Assembly: GCA_036172245.1 (NCBI GenBank) | Contig: JAYWIR010000032.1 | Coordinates: 1,178,001 to 1,242,000, forward strand | Direction: 5' to 3' | DNA: 64,000 nucleotides | From: Raillietiella orientalis | Taxonomy: Eukaryota | Part shown: one piece after another, positions 26,701 to 39,700 of the stretch | Layout: each line of letters opens with the position of its first letter | How positions within the stretch are numbered: position 1 is the first letter of the stretch | The notes under the pieces: model-generated | Told to the model about the DNA's origin: nothing | What the model saw: only the letters and a program-made list of their open reading frames with translations | The model's database searches: none | Made by a program: the position numbers and the translations under genes

Positions 26701-29700
26701 CCCTTCTCACCTCTTCGCCCGCAGCAGCCACAGCCCTCCGCGGGAACCGGCGGGCTCGAGAGAGAGGCGCCGCTCGGCCGCGTGCGGGCCAGCGGCCCTC
26801 CGCTGCGGCTTCGCCGGAGCGCGTGGACCGCTCGGAAAGCGGCAGCTGCCTGAATCCGCCGCTTCCTCTCTTCGGAAGAGGGAGAGGAGCTTCGGACAGC
26901 TGCGGAAGGTTTCCATGGAGGCGGACGCGGTCAGTCGGCACCGGGAGGCTCCAGCGGCTCACACGCCGCCGCTGCCGGAGCCGCGCTGACTGCGCTGGAT
27001 GCTGGGGAAGCGCGTGTGCGCCCACTGCACTGCACTGCCTGAAGCCCGTTCTCTGGTGGCATGGCAACAGGAAAGGGGCATGGTGTGGATCGGCTCTGCC
27101 CCCCGGTGGCGCCGGAGAGCACTTCTGCACTATCACCACCACCAGAGGTGGGAGATGGTCCGTCCGTCCGTCCCAGCATTCCTCCTTCCCAGATGACGGA
27201 CGGCAGGCAGCAGGATTCCGTCTAGAGCCGTCCGCCTCCGTAATCACTGCCGGAAGCCAAAATTCCTCCTTGAGTTCCTCTGGTACTCTGAAAGAGCTGA
27301 GGGATGACTGATGCGCTCCGATCCGACCTTCCGCGGCTGGAACTCGAGGTGGCGGGACCCGCCCCGACCTCCCGATCCCGCTCGGTCAGCACCTTCTCAG
27401 GAACCTGGCCAGCATCCTGGGTCACACTCGGCAGCAGGGAGTTCCTCTTGAAAGCCACGGCCGGATCCCGGCGTGGCGGCGGCTCGGGAAGGCGCTCTTG
27501 CACCCGCTCGTCGCTCGCCGAGCAGCCGCGAGCGCTCGTGGTTTTCGCGGCAGCTGCGTTTGTTCGCTCCCGTTCGCGAAGGGAGCATCTCGGGACGCGA
27601 TCCCTTCTGGGAACGAAGCGATCAGGGGAGATGCCCGGAATTTTCGTCGTTCCTGTCACCTCCCCCTTTTTTCCCGTTGTATTCTTTTCCATTGTTGACG
27701 TCCTTCCTTCTCTCCGTTGTTGCCTTTCTCATTCATTCCCCTTTGGTCTCTCTCCCTGCTCCGGGCATCTCCCAGAACGCAAAGATCGGAAACGGTCTCA
27801 GAAAGAGACGGAGCGCTGTCCGGAAAGGATCCGCGGATCCTAACGATCACGTAGCCGCCCGCATCCTCAATTTGTCTCCCTGACGCGTTTTCTGTAAGCA
27901 CGAATTTCACAGTGAGATGGAGCCGTTCGGAAAGTCGGCCGCGGATGATCGTCCTTCCCGCAGCGCGATAGAAAGCGCGCTACAGCTTTTGTTTCCGCAT
28001 CATGGGTTTCCACGACCCGGCTCCCGTGAGAGGGCCTCGGGCGACATTGGAGGATTTCTCCCCAGCAAGCATTTCGGGTTCTGCTGTGCGCGATCTGCGT
28101 TTCCTTGCCTCAGGAATGGATGGCACTCCGCGGATTAGGGCGAAGCATTGGGCGCAGGGTCCCCCAGGCTCCTCTGAACCTCAGGAAGCTGCCGTTGGAA
28201 CGGCTCTTCCTGAGGAGGCGCCCTTCCTCAGAGGAAAAGATCTCCCTCGAAAGAAATGGGGTAGGTTGCGGAGACATTCCTTCCGTCTAGGAGAAACGTG
28301 TGCTTCCTGCCCCTGGACGTGGGATGACCTTGAGCAGCGTCAGCGATCCACTTCTGCTGCTTCTAGAGAGGGATTCTAATGAGGACGGAGGCTCCTAGGA
28401 GCCCATGTGACCCCAGGAAGACTTCTAGCTGCTTCCACCGATCGTGCCCTCGAAAGCGAGCCGCAGGAACCGCAACTCCAACAGCGACGGAAAGCGGCAA
28501 AGGCTGCGGAAGAGAGGCACAGCGACTCGAGCGCATGAGCCCCGTCGTCCTCCACTGAGAGGTGGACGGGCAGGCGTCCATTATCAACGCGTGTGCGGCT
28601 CTCTTTACAGCTTGCCGTTTTTCCTTCTCATTGTTGGCGTTTTCCTTCGCATTGTCGATGCTTTTTATTTCACACTGCTGCCGATTTTTGCGCAACATAT
28701 GCCGCACCGCACGCACATTCGATAGCCGTCTCTAAGGATGATGTCGAAAAGCGTCGCCATCCTCACTTACCTCCGACCGCACGCCGGACTAAATCGGACA
28801 CGGGAGTTTGTCGCTCCTTCCCTTTCTTGAGAGCTCCATAGTCCGCCTTCCTCTATCCAGGAGCTCATGGGAAGAGGGAGCGAGCGGAGGTGGGTCTCTG
28901 TCTTTTTCGCACTTTTATTCCTTCGTTGGATCTTCCAGGACACCGTCCCAGAGCGCGTGAAGGAGGAGGAGGACAGGGAGGGAGGGAAGGAGCGGGCTCC
29001 GTGAACCCGGAATGGGAAAAGAAGGACGCATGGACGTTCCGGGATCCCTCGGGACCGAGAACTCCGGATGATCCCGGTAGGAGAGAACATGTGGACGCGG
29101 AAGTGACCGTCTCGCGTTTCCGCATCTTCCTCTCCGCGCACATCGTCAACCAGCTGGGCGAGCGATGGTGGGATCGCGAGCGTCCGACCCTGTTCTCTCC
29201 CCTTGGGGACCCTCGATAGCGTTTCCCCGGTATGCTTCCGGAGGCGGCGGACACACACATACACTCCTTCCTCCTGTCTGGTTCACGAGGAAGCTCGTTG
29301 GGCCTCACTCCAGGGGGATTGGTCTGCCGGGAAGCTCGTTGCGAGGCGGCGGGGCAGTGCACCGTCTGGCAACGGGCAGCGAAAGGGCTCGCTTGGCGTT
29401 CATCCGTCTCTCCAGAAGTACTCGGGCGCCTGCGAAGCGAACCGGGAGTGGTCCGGTGACGACAACAGCCTCGCTGATCCCCCGCGGGACCAAAGGGCGG
29501 AAGTTCATTCCCGAACCGGAGGCTTGGACCCACGGGTGCACCCTCAAGCGGCGGGCGCGCGCAGGAGGAGGAGGAAGGGGGAGTTCGCGCGTTCCCCGGA
29601 GGCGGAGTAGTCGACCTCGGGGTCCGAGCGCACGACGACCAGGCGGCCACTCTCCGCAGACCCTCTTCCTCCGCTCCACACTCGACCGCTTTCCTCGTTC

Positions 29701-32700
29701 CCTGCATTCTTTCTGGAGGACGACGACCGTCGCCGCCGCCATCCCTCGGGATGCCTCCCGTCCACCTTAGGTTCCTACCCCCTTCCCAGCAGGACAAAAA
29801 AAAAAGGGAAGCTGGGAAGCGCCTCTCATCTCCGAGGCAACCGCGGGGCGAGTAAACCGCGCAGCAGGAGGACCGCACTAGGGAGATGGCAGGGCTCTTC
29901 GCCCGGACCATAAAAGGGTCCCTACGGGGTCGTAAAGGAGCTTTTTGCGCGCGCGCGGAACGCCGCCCCCAGGCCACGCGGTGCCAACGAGAGGGGCGGC
30001 CGACGGGGCGAAGGGGCGTCCCCAGCAGCCCGGCGGCGGGCGTCTCTCCCTCCCGACATCCCCATGGCGACAGGGGTCGCGCGCCTTTTACAACCGCGGC
30101 CTTCCCCTCCCCGCCCTCCCCGCTGTTCCCCCACCCCACCACCTTTTTGTCCTTCCGCATCCTCCGGGACGCCGAGCTCTCAGGCAACTGGCCGAAGGAG
30201 TTCGCCCTGCGGGGGTGGTGGCTCCCTCCGGGGAGATGGCGAGTGGTGCGCGCGCGCGCGCGCTCCAGCCGCACGCAAACCGATACGGAGGACCAGCCGA
30301 GGGGATCCGTCGGGTCGCGGGTACCACCCAGCGGGGCTCCACCTCGGATGCTGCGGAGGAACCTCCGATGCCGCACGCGCCGCCCAAGAGCGTTCGCAGG
30401 GCCGCCGACTCCCAAATGCGCCGCTCTCCCGCGCCAGGGGAGGATACGCGGGTCGGCGTACCCTCCCCCGGGGTACACACAGGGGTACGCGGAAGGTCGA
30501 CGGGCTCCGCCGCTGCCACTCACGAGAGGTCCACGAGAGGACACAGTACAGGAGCAGCAGCCGACCGCGTACCTAGCGGCCCGAGGGACACCCCAGTGGA
30601 ACACTTCTGGGAGGTCAGTTCGTGAGCCGGCGCCACCCCTTCCCCACGGGATCCAGGGGCGCATTCAAGGGCGGTTGGATGGAGGTGAAAAGGCGAAAGA
30701 GGAAGGTAGGAAGAAGAGATGCAAAGGAAGTGGAGCAGGAGTGGTGGAGGAAGGGATGCAAGTAGGGGAAACAAGAGTGGTGCAGGGAAGGAGGGAAGGA
30801 GCTGGCTCCGGAATGGGAAAAGAAAGACTGTTGGACATGCTGGGATCCGGATGATCCCGGTAGGAGAGAACAAGTAAACGTAGAAATGAGGAAGAGCACG
30901 AGAGGAAGAGAAGGAATGATGCAGGAGCAAGAAGAAAGCAGGCGATGGAGGAGGAGGAGTGGAAGAGGAAGGGAAGGAATGCAAGCAATGGAAAGAGCGA
31001 TGGTGCCGAAGAAAGCAGACGGAGGAGTGGCGAAGGATGAAGAAGGCAGGAAGGGCAGTGGAGGAAAAAGAGGAGGATGGTTGGAGGAGGAGGAGGAAGA
31101 GCAGTGGAGGAGGGAGGGAAGAGGAAGGAACCCAATTGGTGGAAAGAGGAATGGTGTAGGAGCGAGAAGAAAGCAGGAGCAAGAGGAGTGGAGGAGGAAG
31201 GTATGTAAGCATCGGGAAGAGAAGGAACGGCATCGGAGCAACAAGAAGGCAAGCGAAGGAGAAGGAATGGCAGAGAGGGATGGGGGGAGGACGGTGAAGG
31301 AGGAGGCATGGAACAAGCGTCGTGTCTGCAGCGTTTCCCTTCGTTCCCTGCCCTCGCCTCCTCCTCTCCGGGAGGAGGCCGGTCTGGACCGGCAGCAGCC
31401 ACCTGGCCGGACTGCGGCTCGTGGACCGCTCGTCCGATGAGACGTCGCCGTTCCGTGAAGGCCCCTTGGAGCGGGCGGGGCCCCGGCCTCGTTTCCGGAA
31501 AGAGCGCCTTCGCGGGAGGACCCGGAGTGGTCCCATAAATCAACGTGGAGCGCACGTGGCGGCTTCGAGCGACGGGAAGGTGGGACCGGGAACAATGCGG
31601 GGGGCTCCGGTGTTTACCGCGGGAGATCCATCATCCGCAGCGTCGTACGTGACGTCTGCCTGCTCTCCCTTTCGTCCCTCGCCGCTGCTGCGGACCCTTC
31701 GCGCAAGGAAGGGGGGAGGAGAAAGGGGGCGCAGGGTGCGTGCTCCTCCAGCCCTGGAACAGCCCAGGAACCTCAGGCAGCCGTTCCACCCAAACCCAGG
31801 AGCTAACCATCCCCCAGGCTCTCGCCTAGGAGGCCGCGTAGGGCCGCTTCGGAAAGGGACGGCCGAAGGGATCCGCGTCCGGGAGCGGCGGCTGCCCCTC
31901 CGCCCGTCCCTGGAGAGTCAGCAGTTTTTTTTTTTTTTTTTCTGCTCCGCCGCAGGGCGGCTTCCGGTAGTCGGCCCTGCAGGGAGGTCCGCTGAGCTGC
32001 GCGCGCGCGAGGCGGCCGCCAGCCTGGGGAGAGCCCCCGCGACTTTCGCCATCGCTCATACCCGCAGGCTGCCCCCGCCTTTGTCCCGGACCCTTCCCGC
32101 GCGCAGACCCCACGACGACCTGAATGGGTGACGTCCGGCCCTCGCACGCCGCAGCTCTTGACGTCCTCCTTTGAGAAACGTCAGCCCTTAATGAGCTCCG
32201 CGACCCCGCTGTTTTGCCTTCTGGCGTCTCTCCCTCCGTCGCCCCCTCCCGGGCGGGCGAGTGAGCGGGCAGGAAGGGCGAGCGGACGCGCGCGCATGCG
32301 CCGCCTGTCCGAGAGACGGATGCGACCCCCTGCGCGAGGCTGGAGCACCCCCTCCCCCCCCTAGACCAACGACTCCTGCGCGCACTGCGGGCGATGCGCG
32401 GCCGTTCCGGGCGAGGGGCGGCGAAAGGGCGTGGGTGTGGCAGCCCAAACCACCGGACGAGGGAGGCGGAGACCGGCGCTCGCCAGTCGGCGACGGAAAC
32501 GGAGCAGGAAGACGAAGGGGAAAGACAGTAGGGGGGGGGGGAAGGAAGAGCAGGAATGGTGCAGGAGGAAGAAGAAATCAGGGAGAGGAATACGAGGAGG
32601 AAGGGAGAAGAGGGATAAGGAGGCAAAAGAGGAATGGTGCCACATGAAAAAGAAAAGCAGGAGGAGGGAGCGAAGAGGAAGAGAAAGAGAAAGGGAAAAA

Positions 32701-35700
32701 AGAGGAAAGGAGGAAGACGACGATGAAGAGAAACGCAAGCACTGTGAAGAGAAGCACTGGAACCGGATGAAGAAGAAAGAAAGGAGAAGGAAAGGAGGGA
32801 GAACAAGGGATGCAAGCAGCAGAAAGAGGAGGGGAATGGTGCAGGAGCAAGAAGAAAACAGAGGGAAAAGAAGGAAGAAGACGAGAAATGGCGCCGGATC
32901 AAGAAGGCAGGGAGAAAAGGAGGAGTTTCCGAGAAGCATTTTCTTCTTTGAGTAGGCGGAGTCGAGGAAAGGAAGACACGCGCAGTGCCCCGAGAGGTCA
33001 GCCAGGGGCCGGCGCGCCCTGCCACGAAGCCTCGGAATCCCGGATACGGGGAGGGGAGATGGGGGCTACCGCAGAGGGGGGAACCCGCGCCGCGTGGCTG
33101 GCTGCCGGTAGGGTGGAGGAGGTGGTGCTGGTCTCCGGGTACGGCAGACGGGGCCTCCGGACGCCTGGCAAAGGGAGCGAGGAGGGGCCGCGTGCTTGGT
33201 GTTGCCCGCCGGCTGCCCTTCGCGCGCTGTTTTCAGAAAGCAAGCGACCACAGAGCGCGCGCTCTCTCTCTCCTTCCCGCTTCCTCACCACCTCTCTCGC
33301 GCGCGCGAGCGCGGGCGCGCGCGCATGTTTTTCCCCGGTCATCCCCGCGAAGTCACGTTTCTGCGTGCGGCCTCGCGCGGCGGTTCGCCCCGCCGCGACC
33401 CGCACGCACAGTGCCCCGAGGGACCTCCGACAGCCGCCGCCGATCGGGGCGGCCGCGACATCGGCGGCGGCGGCGGCGGACCCTGACAGGTCGACTCGCC
33501 ACTCTGTCAAAGCGTCCTGGCCGGGACCGTAAACACCGAGGGGGCGCGGGCGAGCGGCCCCCGCACGTCCCGCGCCTGTCAGCGTTCCGAAAAGACTCGT
33601 CAGAGGGAGGCGGCGCTCGGGGTCCGCTGCCTCCCTGCCCTGAGGGCGCGAGACACTACCGGGAGAAGGGAGAACAATGGGGTGAGGCCGCCTCGCCGGG
33701 GAGGAGACGTCCCCGAACCCGTGGGTGACTTAATGGCTTTTACATGGTCGGAGGTGGCGAATTTTCCAGCTTTCGAGCCGGAGGACGCCCGCTGGCTGCG
33801 CGCCCCGACAATGGGGGCGGACGCGCGCGATAAGGATCGGCGCGCCGCGCCGTCTCCCCTCTGGCCCTACCCGCGCGCCCCCTTCCCCCCCCCCCCTTCA
33901 CCCGGCTCCCTTTCTTTCGAGCCACCCCCTCCGCAGACTCTCCCCGGGCAGGAAAGGGAGGGGGAGCAGCCAGAAAATAAAAAAACAAAATGAGGAAGGA
34001 AGAGGGATGCAAGCAGCGGGAAGAGGAGGGATGGCTCCCAGAGCAAGAAGAACGCAGGGAGAAAAGAAGAAAAAGAGAGTGAAGAGGAGGAAGAGGAGGA
34101 AGGGAAAAGGAGGAGGAGAAAAGGATGCAAGCAGGGGAAGGAGGAATGGTCCTGGAGCGAGAAGAACGCAGGCAGAGGAAGGCAGAGGAGGAAGAGACGC
34201 AAGCAGCGGAAGAAAGAGGAAGGGTGTGGGGGAAGAGAGAAAGCCGGACAAAGAGGAGAAGGAGGAAGTGCAAGAGGAAGGGCCTTCCTTCGTCTCCCTT
34301 CCTCCCCGGCTGCATCCCTGTAGCGGTGCTCCTCGGCAGCGCGCGCCGCCGTTCGGACGCCCTCGTGTTCTCAAGCGGCTAGGACGGAGAAACGCGAGCG
34401 GGGGAGGCAGCGCACGCTCGCACCCTGGCCCTCCTTCCTGCCACTCCTTTGTCGATCGTGCTCTCCCTCCTCCGCATCTTCCTGCTTCTTCTTCTTCTTC
34501 TTTATCATCTTCGCCGACTCCTCCTCCTCCGCTCCCGCAGCGAAATTCACGCCCTCGGGGCGCGGGTTCCGTCCGTTCATTTTCCAGGCCAATTTGCAAG
34601 AGACGGCGGTTCGCGTCGCCGGCCCGTAATGGCCCCTCCTAATGGTGATGGGGGGAAACCGGCGTGGCCGTAGCCAGCGCTTCCTCCTCCTCCGCCCAAA
34701 GAGCAGCAGCAGCAACGGCAGCAGCAGCGGCAGCCGGGCGCTCGTGGCGTCCGAGTCCCCGGACGTGTGTGCTGCGCGCGCCTCCGGCTGGCCGGACCTC
34801 GGGGATAAAGCGCGCTCCGCCCCAGGGCGTGTCGCCGGCCTCCTCCGCGGCTCGCCGCGCGGCGGTTTCTTGCCCCCCTCCCCCCCCCGCTTTCACCCGC
34901 TACTCGGCGACACGCGGGCGCGCGTGCGCCGAGCGGCGGGGATTTGCCCTCTCTCTGCGTCTATCCTCGCCGCGCGCGCTCCCGTCGCGATCGCCGAAGG
35001 CCGGAAGGATCCCGGGTCCTCCTCCTCCTACTACTACCCTTCTTCCACCCCGACCTCGCAGGGTCGACTGGCGGCGGCAGCCAGCGCTGGCTCGCTCGCT
35101 CGTTCACTCGCTCGCTCTCGCGCGCGCGCGCGCGTGCGCGGAGCGGCTGTTTGTCGGCCGCGTAAATCGAGAGAAGATGGGATTTTTATGCCCTCTTGGA
35201 TGAATGGCGGCTGGAGCAGATTGCAGCCAATAAATTTCGGAGGAGGAGGGAGGAGGGGAGGGGATTGTTAAAAAAAAAAAAAAAAAAAAAAACGAGCAGA
35301 AAGCGGAGAGCGCGAAAGAGGTCGTCGCTTCCTGCGCACGTGCGCGGCGCCATCTGCAGCTTCCTGTTCGGCTCCGCTCCTGCGGGACGGCGGCGGCCAT
35401 CGTCCGCTCCCCGCCCGCAGCCTGGAGGACCGAGGAATGGAAACGGGAAGCCGAGACGCGCGCGCGCGCCGCGGGCGCCGGCATCCGCCTCCTCCCCCCC
35501 CTCCTCGCTCCCCTCCCCCAGCCTGGAACCCACCCCCGCCTCTCCCCCCTCACCCCTTCCGAACCGCTCCCCGGTGCTCCGAGGCGAAGCCCTCGACTCT
35601 TCGTGACACTCAGGTGCTAAACGCCCAGCTTTCCGGCGGCTCTTTTTCCCCGCGACCGCGTTATGGCGTCCGCGCCCGCCGGGTCCCCGGCTTATGGCCG

Positions 35701-36701
35701 TCCGGGAGCGCGGCACAAACGCGCCGGCTCCCCTTGTCGGCGCGGCTTCCACAGGACGCCAGCGCTAGCGAAGAGTCCCTCCCGCCACGCCGCGCCGACC
35801 GGAGCCCCCCGTTCCAGCGCGAGGACGCCCGTTTATGGTCGCCGATTCCCGGGAGTGGCATAAAACGCGCGCAGCGTTTTGGGAGCGGGCGAAAGGCTTC
35901 TCTCTCTCTCTCTCTCTCTCTCCCCGCTCCCCCATTCCCTTCCGGCGCGCTCCCTGCCGCCTCCGAGCGCTTCCTGAGCGTCTTCGGAAAGCGAATAGGT
36001 CGAGGTCGAGCTGCCAGGGCGCGCGGCGGCGGCACTGCCAGTCATCCCACCAGCATCCCGCTAACCGGTTCGGGAAGATCCTGTCTTGGCGGGGTCGGAC
36101 GAGTGCCACTTTCTTCTTCTTCTTCCGTCGTGCTCCTCTTGCTCTCCCCTCCCTACCGAGGGTGAGCGAACCGCAGGCTTTGCCCCACGCACTTCTTCCT
36201 TCCACTCTCCTCCCGCTTCCACAACAATGCGGCGAACGGTTTCCGCAACCATGGTAACGTTTATTGCCGTCGCCGCCATCTCTCCAAACAGATAACATCG
36301 GTGCCCATCTTGATCGACCCCTTCCACCGAGGAGGACACAGCATCAGAATGACCATAAATTCGCCATATGCGCTGGCGCTCGTGTGGTCGCCCGACATTT
36401 GCAACATGCGAGCGGAATGCGCCCATCTTTCCAGATGAAGCGCGCGCGGGCGAAAAGCCACGCCGTGCGCGCGTACGGCGGACCAGCGAGCGTCTCCACG
36501 GAATCCGCTGTTATTGATCACACTTTCAAGCTATTAATAGGCAAATCTCGGATTGCTCACAGCATAGAGAAATCCGTTCCGACCCTGCTCACTTCCAGCT
36601 TTGCCCACGGGATACCCGTTCCCGGCGCTCCCCGAAACGCTGCACGTTCAGGGGAAACCATGGGGGAATATCCAGAAGGATTGCGAACGGTTCGTCTTTT
36701 T

Positions 36702-36745
<44 letters not shown>

Positions 36746-39700
36746 TATTTCTCCTCTTTTTTTTTTTTTTTCCGCACCGGCAGTTTTGATGAATCTACAC
36801 GAATCTGATGCTTGTACCATATTCGAAATGAGGGCATTTTTATCCCCCCCCCCTTTTTTTTTTATTCTCTCTTTCTCTGGAGGAAAGGAGGGGGAAGGGG
36901 GAGGGGTGCGCGCGGTCGTGGTCCTCCTAATCCTACCCTGCGTAAGGTGGGGCGAGTCCTCACGAAATCCATCGTTACTGATGGCGCTCGTTGTTCCTTG
37001 AGCAAACCTGCCAGAAAATGGAAAACAGGAGGGGGAGAGGAGGGTGGGGGGGAAGTACTTTTCCTCTTTAGAAAGGTTTTTGTGTCTGCGCGCGCGCCTC
37101 CTCGGGATGTGTGTGTGCGTGTGTGCGTGTGTGTTTTTTTTTACACCTCCTGGAAACAATCTAGATATGGATAGAAATTGGTTTGTTTTCCCCCGCCTCC
37201 TCCTCCTCCACGAGCTTCCTCTCTCTTTCCTTTTTTCCCCCAATGCCTGGACCCCCGTGATGAATCGCCGTCACCCACCCAACGCGCGTGGAGCGCGAGA
37301 GTTCCGAACGGGGGTAACTTTCTGCCTTTCGTACTCCGCCGTTGACGATGACAGCAGCCTGCGTACATCTTCATCGTGCATCCTCCGCACAAAAGAGAGG
37401 GTCCATGCAGCGCGCCGGGTGTGGCGTGCACCGGAGCCTCGGCCTGCTGTTTCTCACGTGATCGCCGCTGGAAATTCGGAGGCATCTGATCGAGCAAGGA
37501 GAGCGGTTTCCCGAAGACGGGAAAAATAGGCTGGAGTTATTTATTTATTCCTGTTTGTTTTGCTCGAGGCACGATCGCTGGTTGCCACTGGAATGGATTC
37601 CCCGGGCGCGCGGTGGATACTCCGAGGAGAGCGCTCCTTCCCGGGGGATCGGTCGAAACCCGCACCGTCGGGGAGAGGAGGAGGGGGAGGAGGAGGACGG
37701 GCGCTCTGCATCAGGAACGCCGCCCGGCGCAGCCTTGCTCGCTCCTCCGGGATTTTCCTGCCAGGGCTTCCCGGGAGCGGCGCGTCTGGGAAAGAAAGCC
37801 CGCGCCGCTTCCTCGACGACGACGCTACCGTGGAAACGCTCGCCTCGAAGACGAGGCGGACGCTTTGCGGTGGTAGCGGGTACACCTCCCTCTTTTGCGG
37901 GAACACGCGGGAAAGGAGCACCCCCTGCGGACGAGAGTGAGCGCGCGCGGGAGCCGGAGCAACGTTCGCAGCGAGACCTTCCCAGAAGTGGCCGGGCGGA
38001 TGGCAAGGGCGGGCGTGCGGCGGTGTGCGCGAAGAGCACCCCAGGCGCGAGGAGGGAGCCACGGCACGGTCCCCACATGGACCGGGAGGACTCACCCAAG
38101 CAACGCGGGCGCTCGCCCCTTCTCCGACCGGTCTCAGCCACTGCCGTTTCTTCCTCTGCTCTCCACCGAGAGAGGACGCCGGCGACTCCTACTGGAGACC
38201 TCCGAGCGCATCCGACACCTGCCGGCACCTCGCGTGCGGGGCCGGGTGCCGCCCGCATCCCGGATAGTCGACTGCTTGCTGGCTGCTGCCGCAGGAGCAG
38301 CAGCAGCGTTTGCAGCGGGCTGGTCTCTAGGGTGGCGCGCGCTCTGCTTCCTCCAGCCCGGAAGGTCATCGGCCGCAGGCGAAGGCGGCCAGGTGGCTGC
38401 CTGGACGCTGTGACGGCGGCGGCGGCGGCGGCGGCGACGACGCAGGAGGAGGAGGAGGAGGAGGCGCGTTCCCGGAGGAAAGCCGAAGAGTCGGCCGGCA
38501 GAAGGATCGTCTTCCGCCCCGCCAGAAGAGGAGGATAGACGCCACCTCTAGCTGCCTCCCGCTTTCTTCCCTCCCCGGTCCGAACGGAGCCGCAAACCGA
38601 GAGCGCGCCGGGCGGCACCTCGTCAGGGGAAAGAACTCCCCGTTAGGCGCGCCAGCGAGCTGCAGTCAGGCGACCTTTCGACCCCTGACATGACACGGTC
38701 CGGTGCCAGGTGCCCGCGGCGCCTCGTCGTCCGTCAGAGGAAGAGGAGCAGGAAGGAGAAGGCAGGGAAGGGCAGCACAGCCATCTCCAGCGCTACTCGG
38801 ATGCGACCTTTCCGCTCTTCGCCTCCTCGGCTTCCCCCTTCTCCTCGGCTTCCCACCCTTCTCCCTTCCCCCTCCCACCCTTCTTCTTCATGTCTCCTCC
38901 TTGCCTCCTCCCCATCCTCCCTTTCTCCTTACGCGGGGGGTCAGGGTGGGGGCGAAGGAGGAGGAGAAAGCGGGAAAGAAAGGAAAAGAGCGAGCCGGGG
39001 AGGGACGGAGGAGGGGGAGAAAGGGACGCGCGGTGGCGGAGGGCGGCAGTAAATCCGTTCCGGTTACAGGAACCGTGACCTCTGACATCTCCTTCAGCAG
39101 CCATAAATCCCTCTTCTTTGCAAGCCGGGCCTCTCCCCGCAGCCTCCTCCCGGGACGCACAATGGCCGCCGCGCGAGGCGCAATTTGTCTTCCCCGCTGG
39201 TCGGGGAGCGCGCATGCCACCCAGGTCTTATCTGATCGGAGGAGGGGGAGGAGAGAAGCGCGCGCGAGGGGGGGGGGAGGAGGCGGGAGGGGTCGCCCAG
39301 CGCGACGTGCGCCTGTCACCTCAGGCGTCGCCGCTGCCTCCCTGCCTGTCCCCCTGCTCCCCCGCCCCCGCTGGTGCGTCGCGCGCGTGTATGCGCGCGC
39401 GAGGGAGCAAGGGCGGGGAAAGGGCTGCTGCCGGGCAGGGGGGCCTTCCTCCCTTCCCTCCTCCTCGCTCCTCTTCCCGCACCCCTTTTTTTTGTCGCCG
39501 TGGTGCAAGCACTCGTAAAGTAGGGTTAATCGGATTAGGGCCGTCGCCCCGCTCCGCCCCTGCCGAGGCGCTCCGAGGGGAGGGGCTGCTGCCGCCGCAC
39601 TGCACAGGCCCCCCGCCGGAGCACGAGCGCCTTCCTCCTGCCGGAAGGGCGGGCCTGGGAGGGAGGATGGGAAAGGTGCGCGCAGGTAAGAGCGGGCGTG

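Noticed and set aside
30680..34285. CRISPR-like reading of the core-plus-spacer repeats
   Set aside because: Cores are degenerate, spacers are low-complexity, no cas genes are present and the context is eukaryotic.
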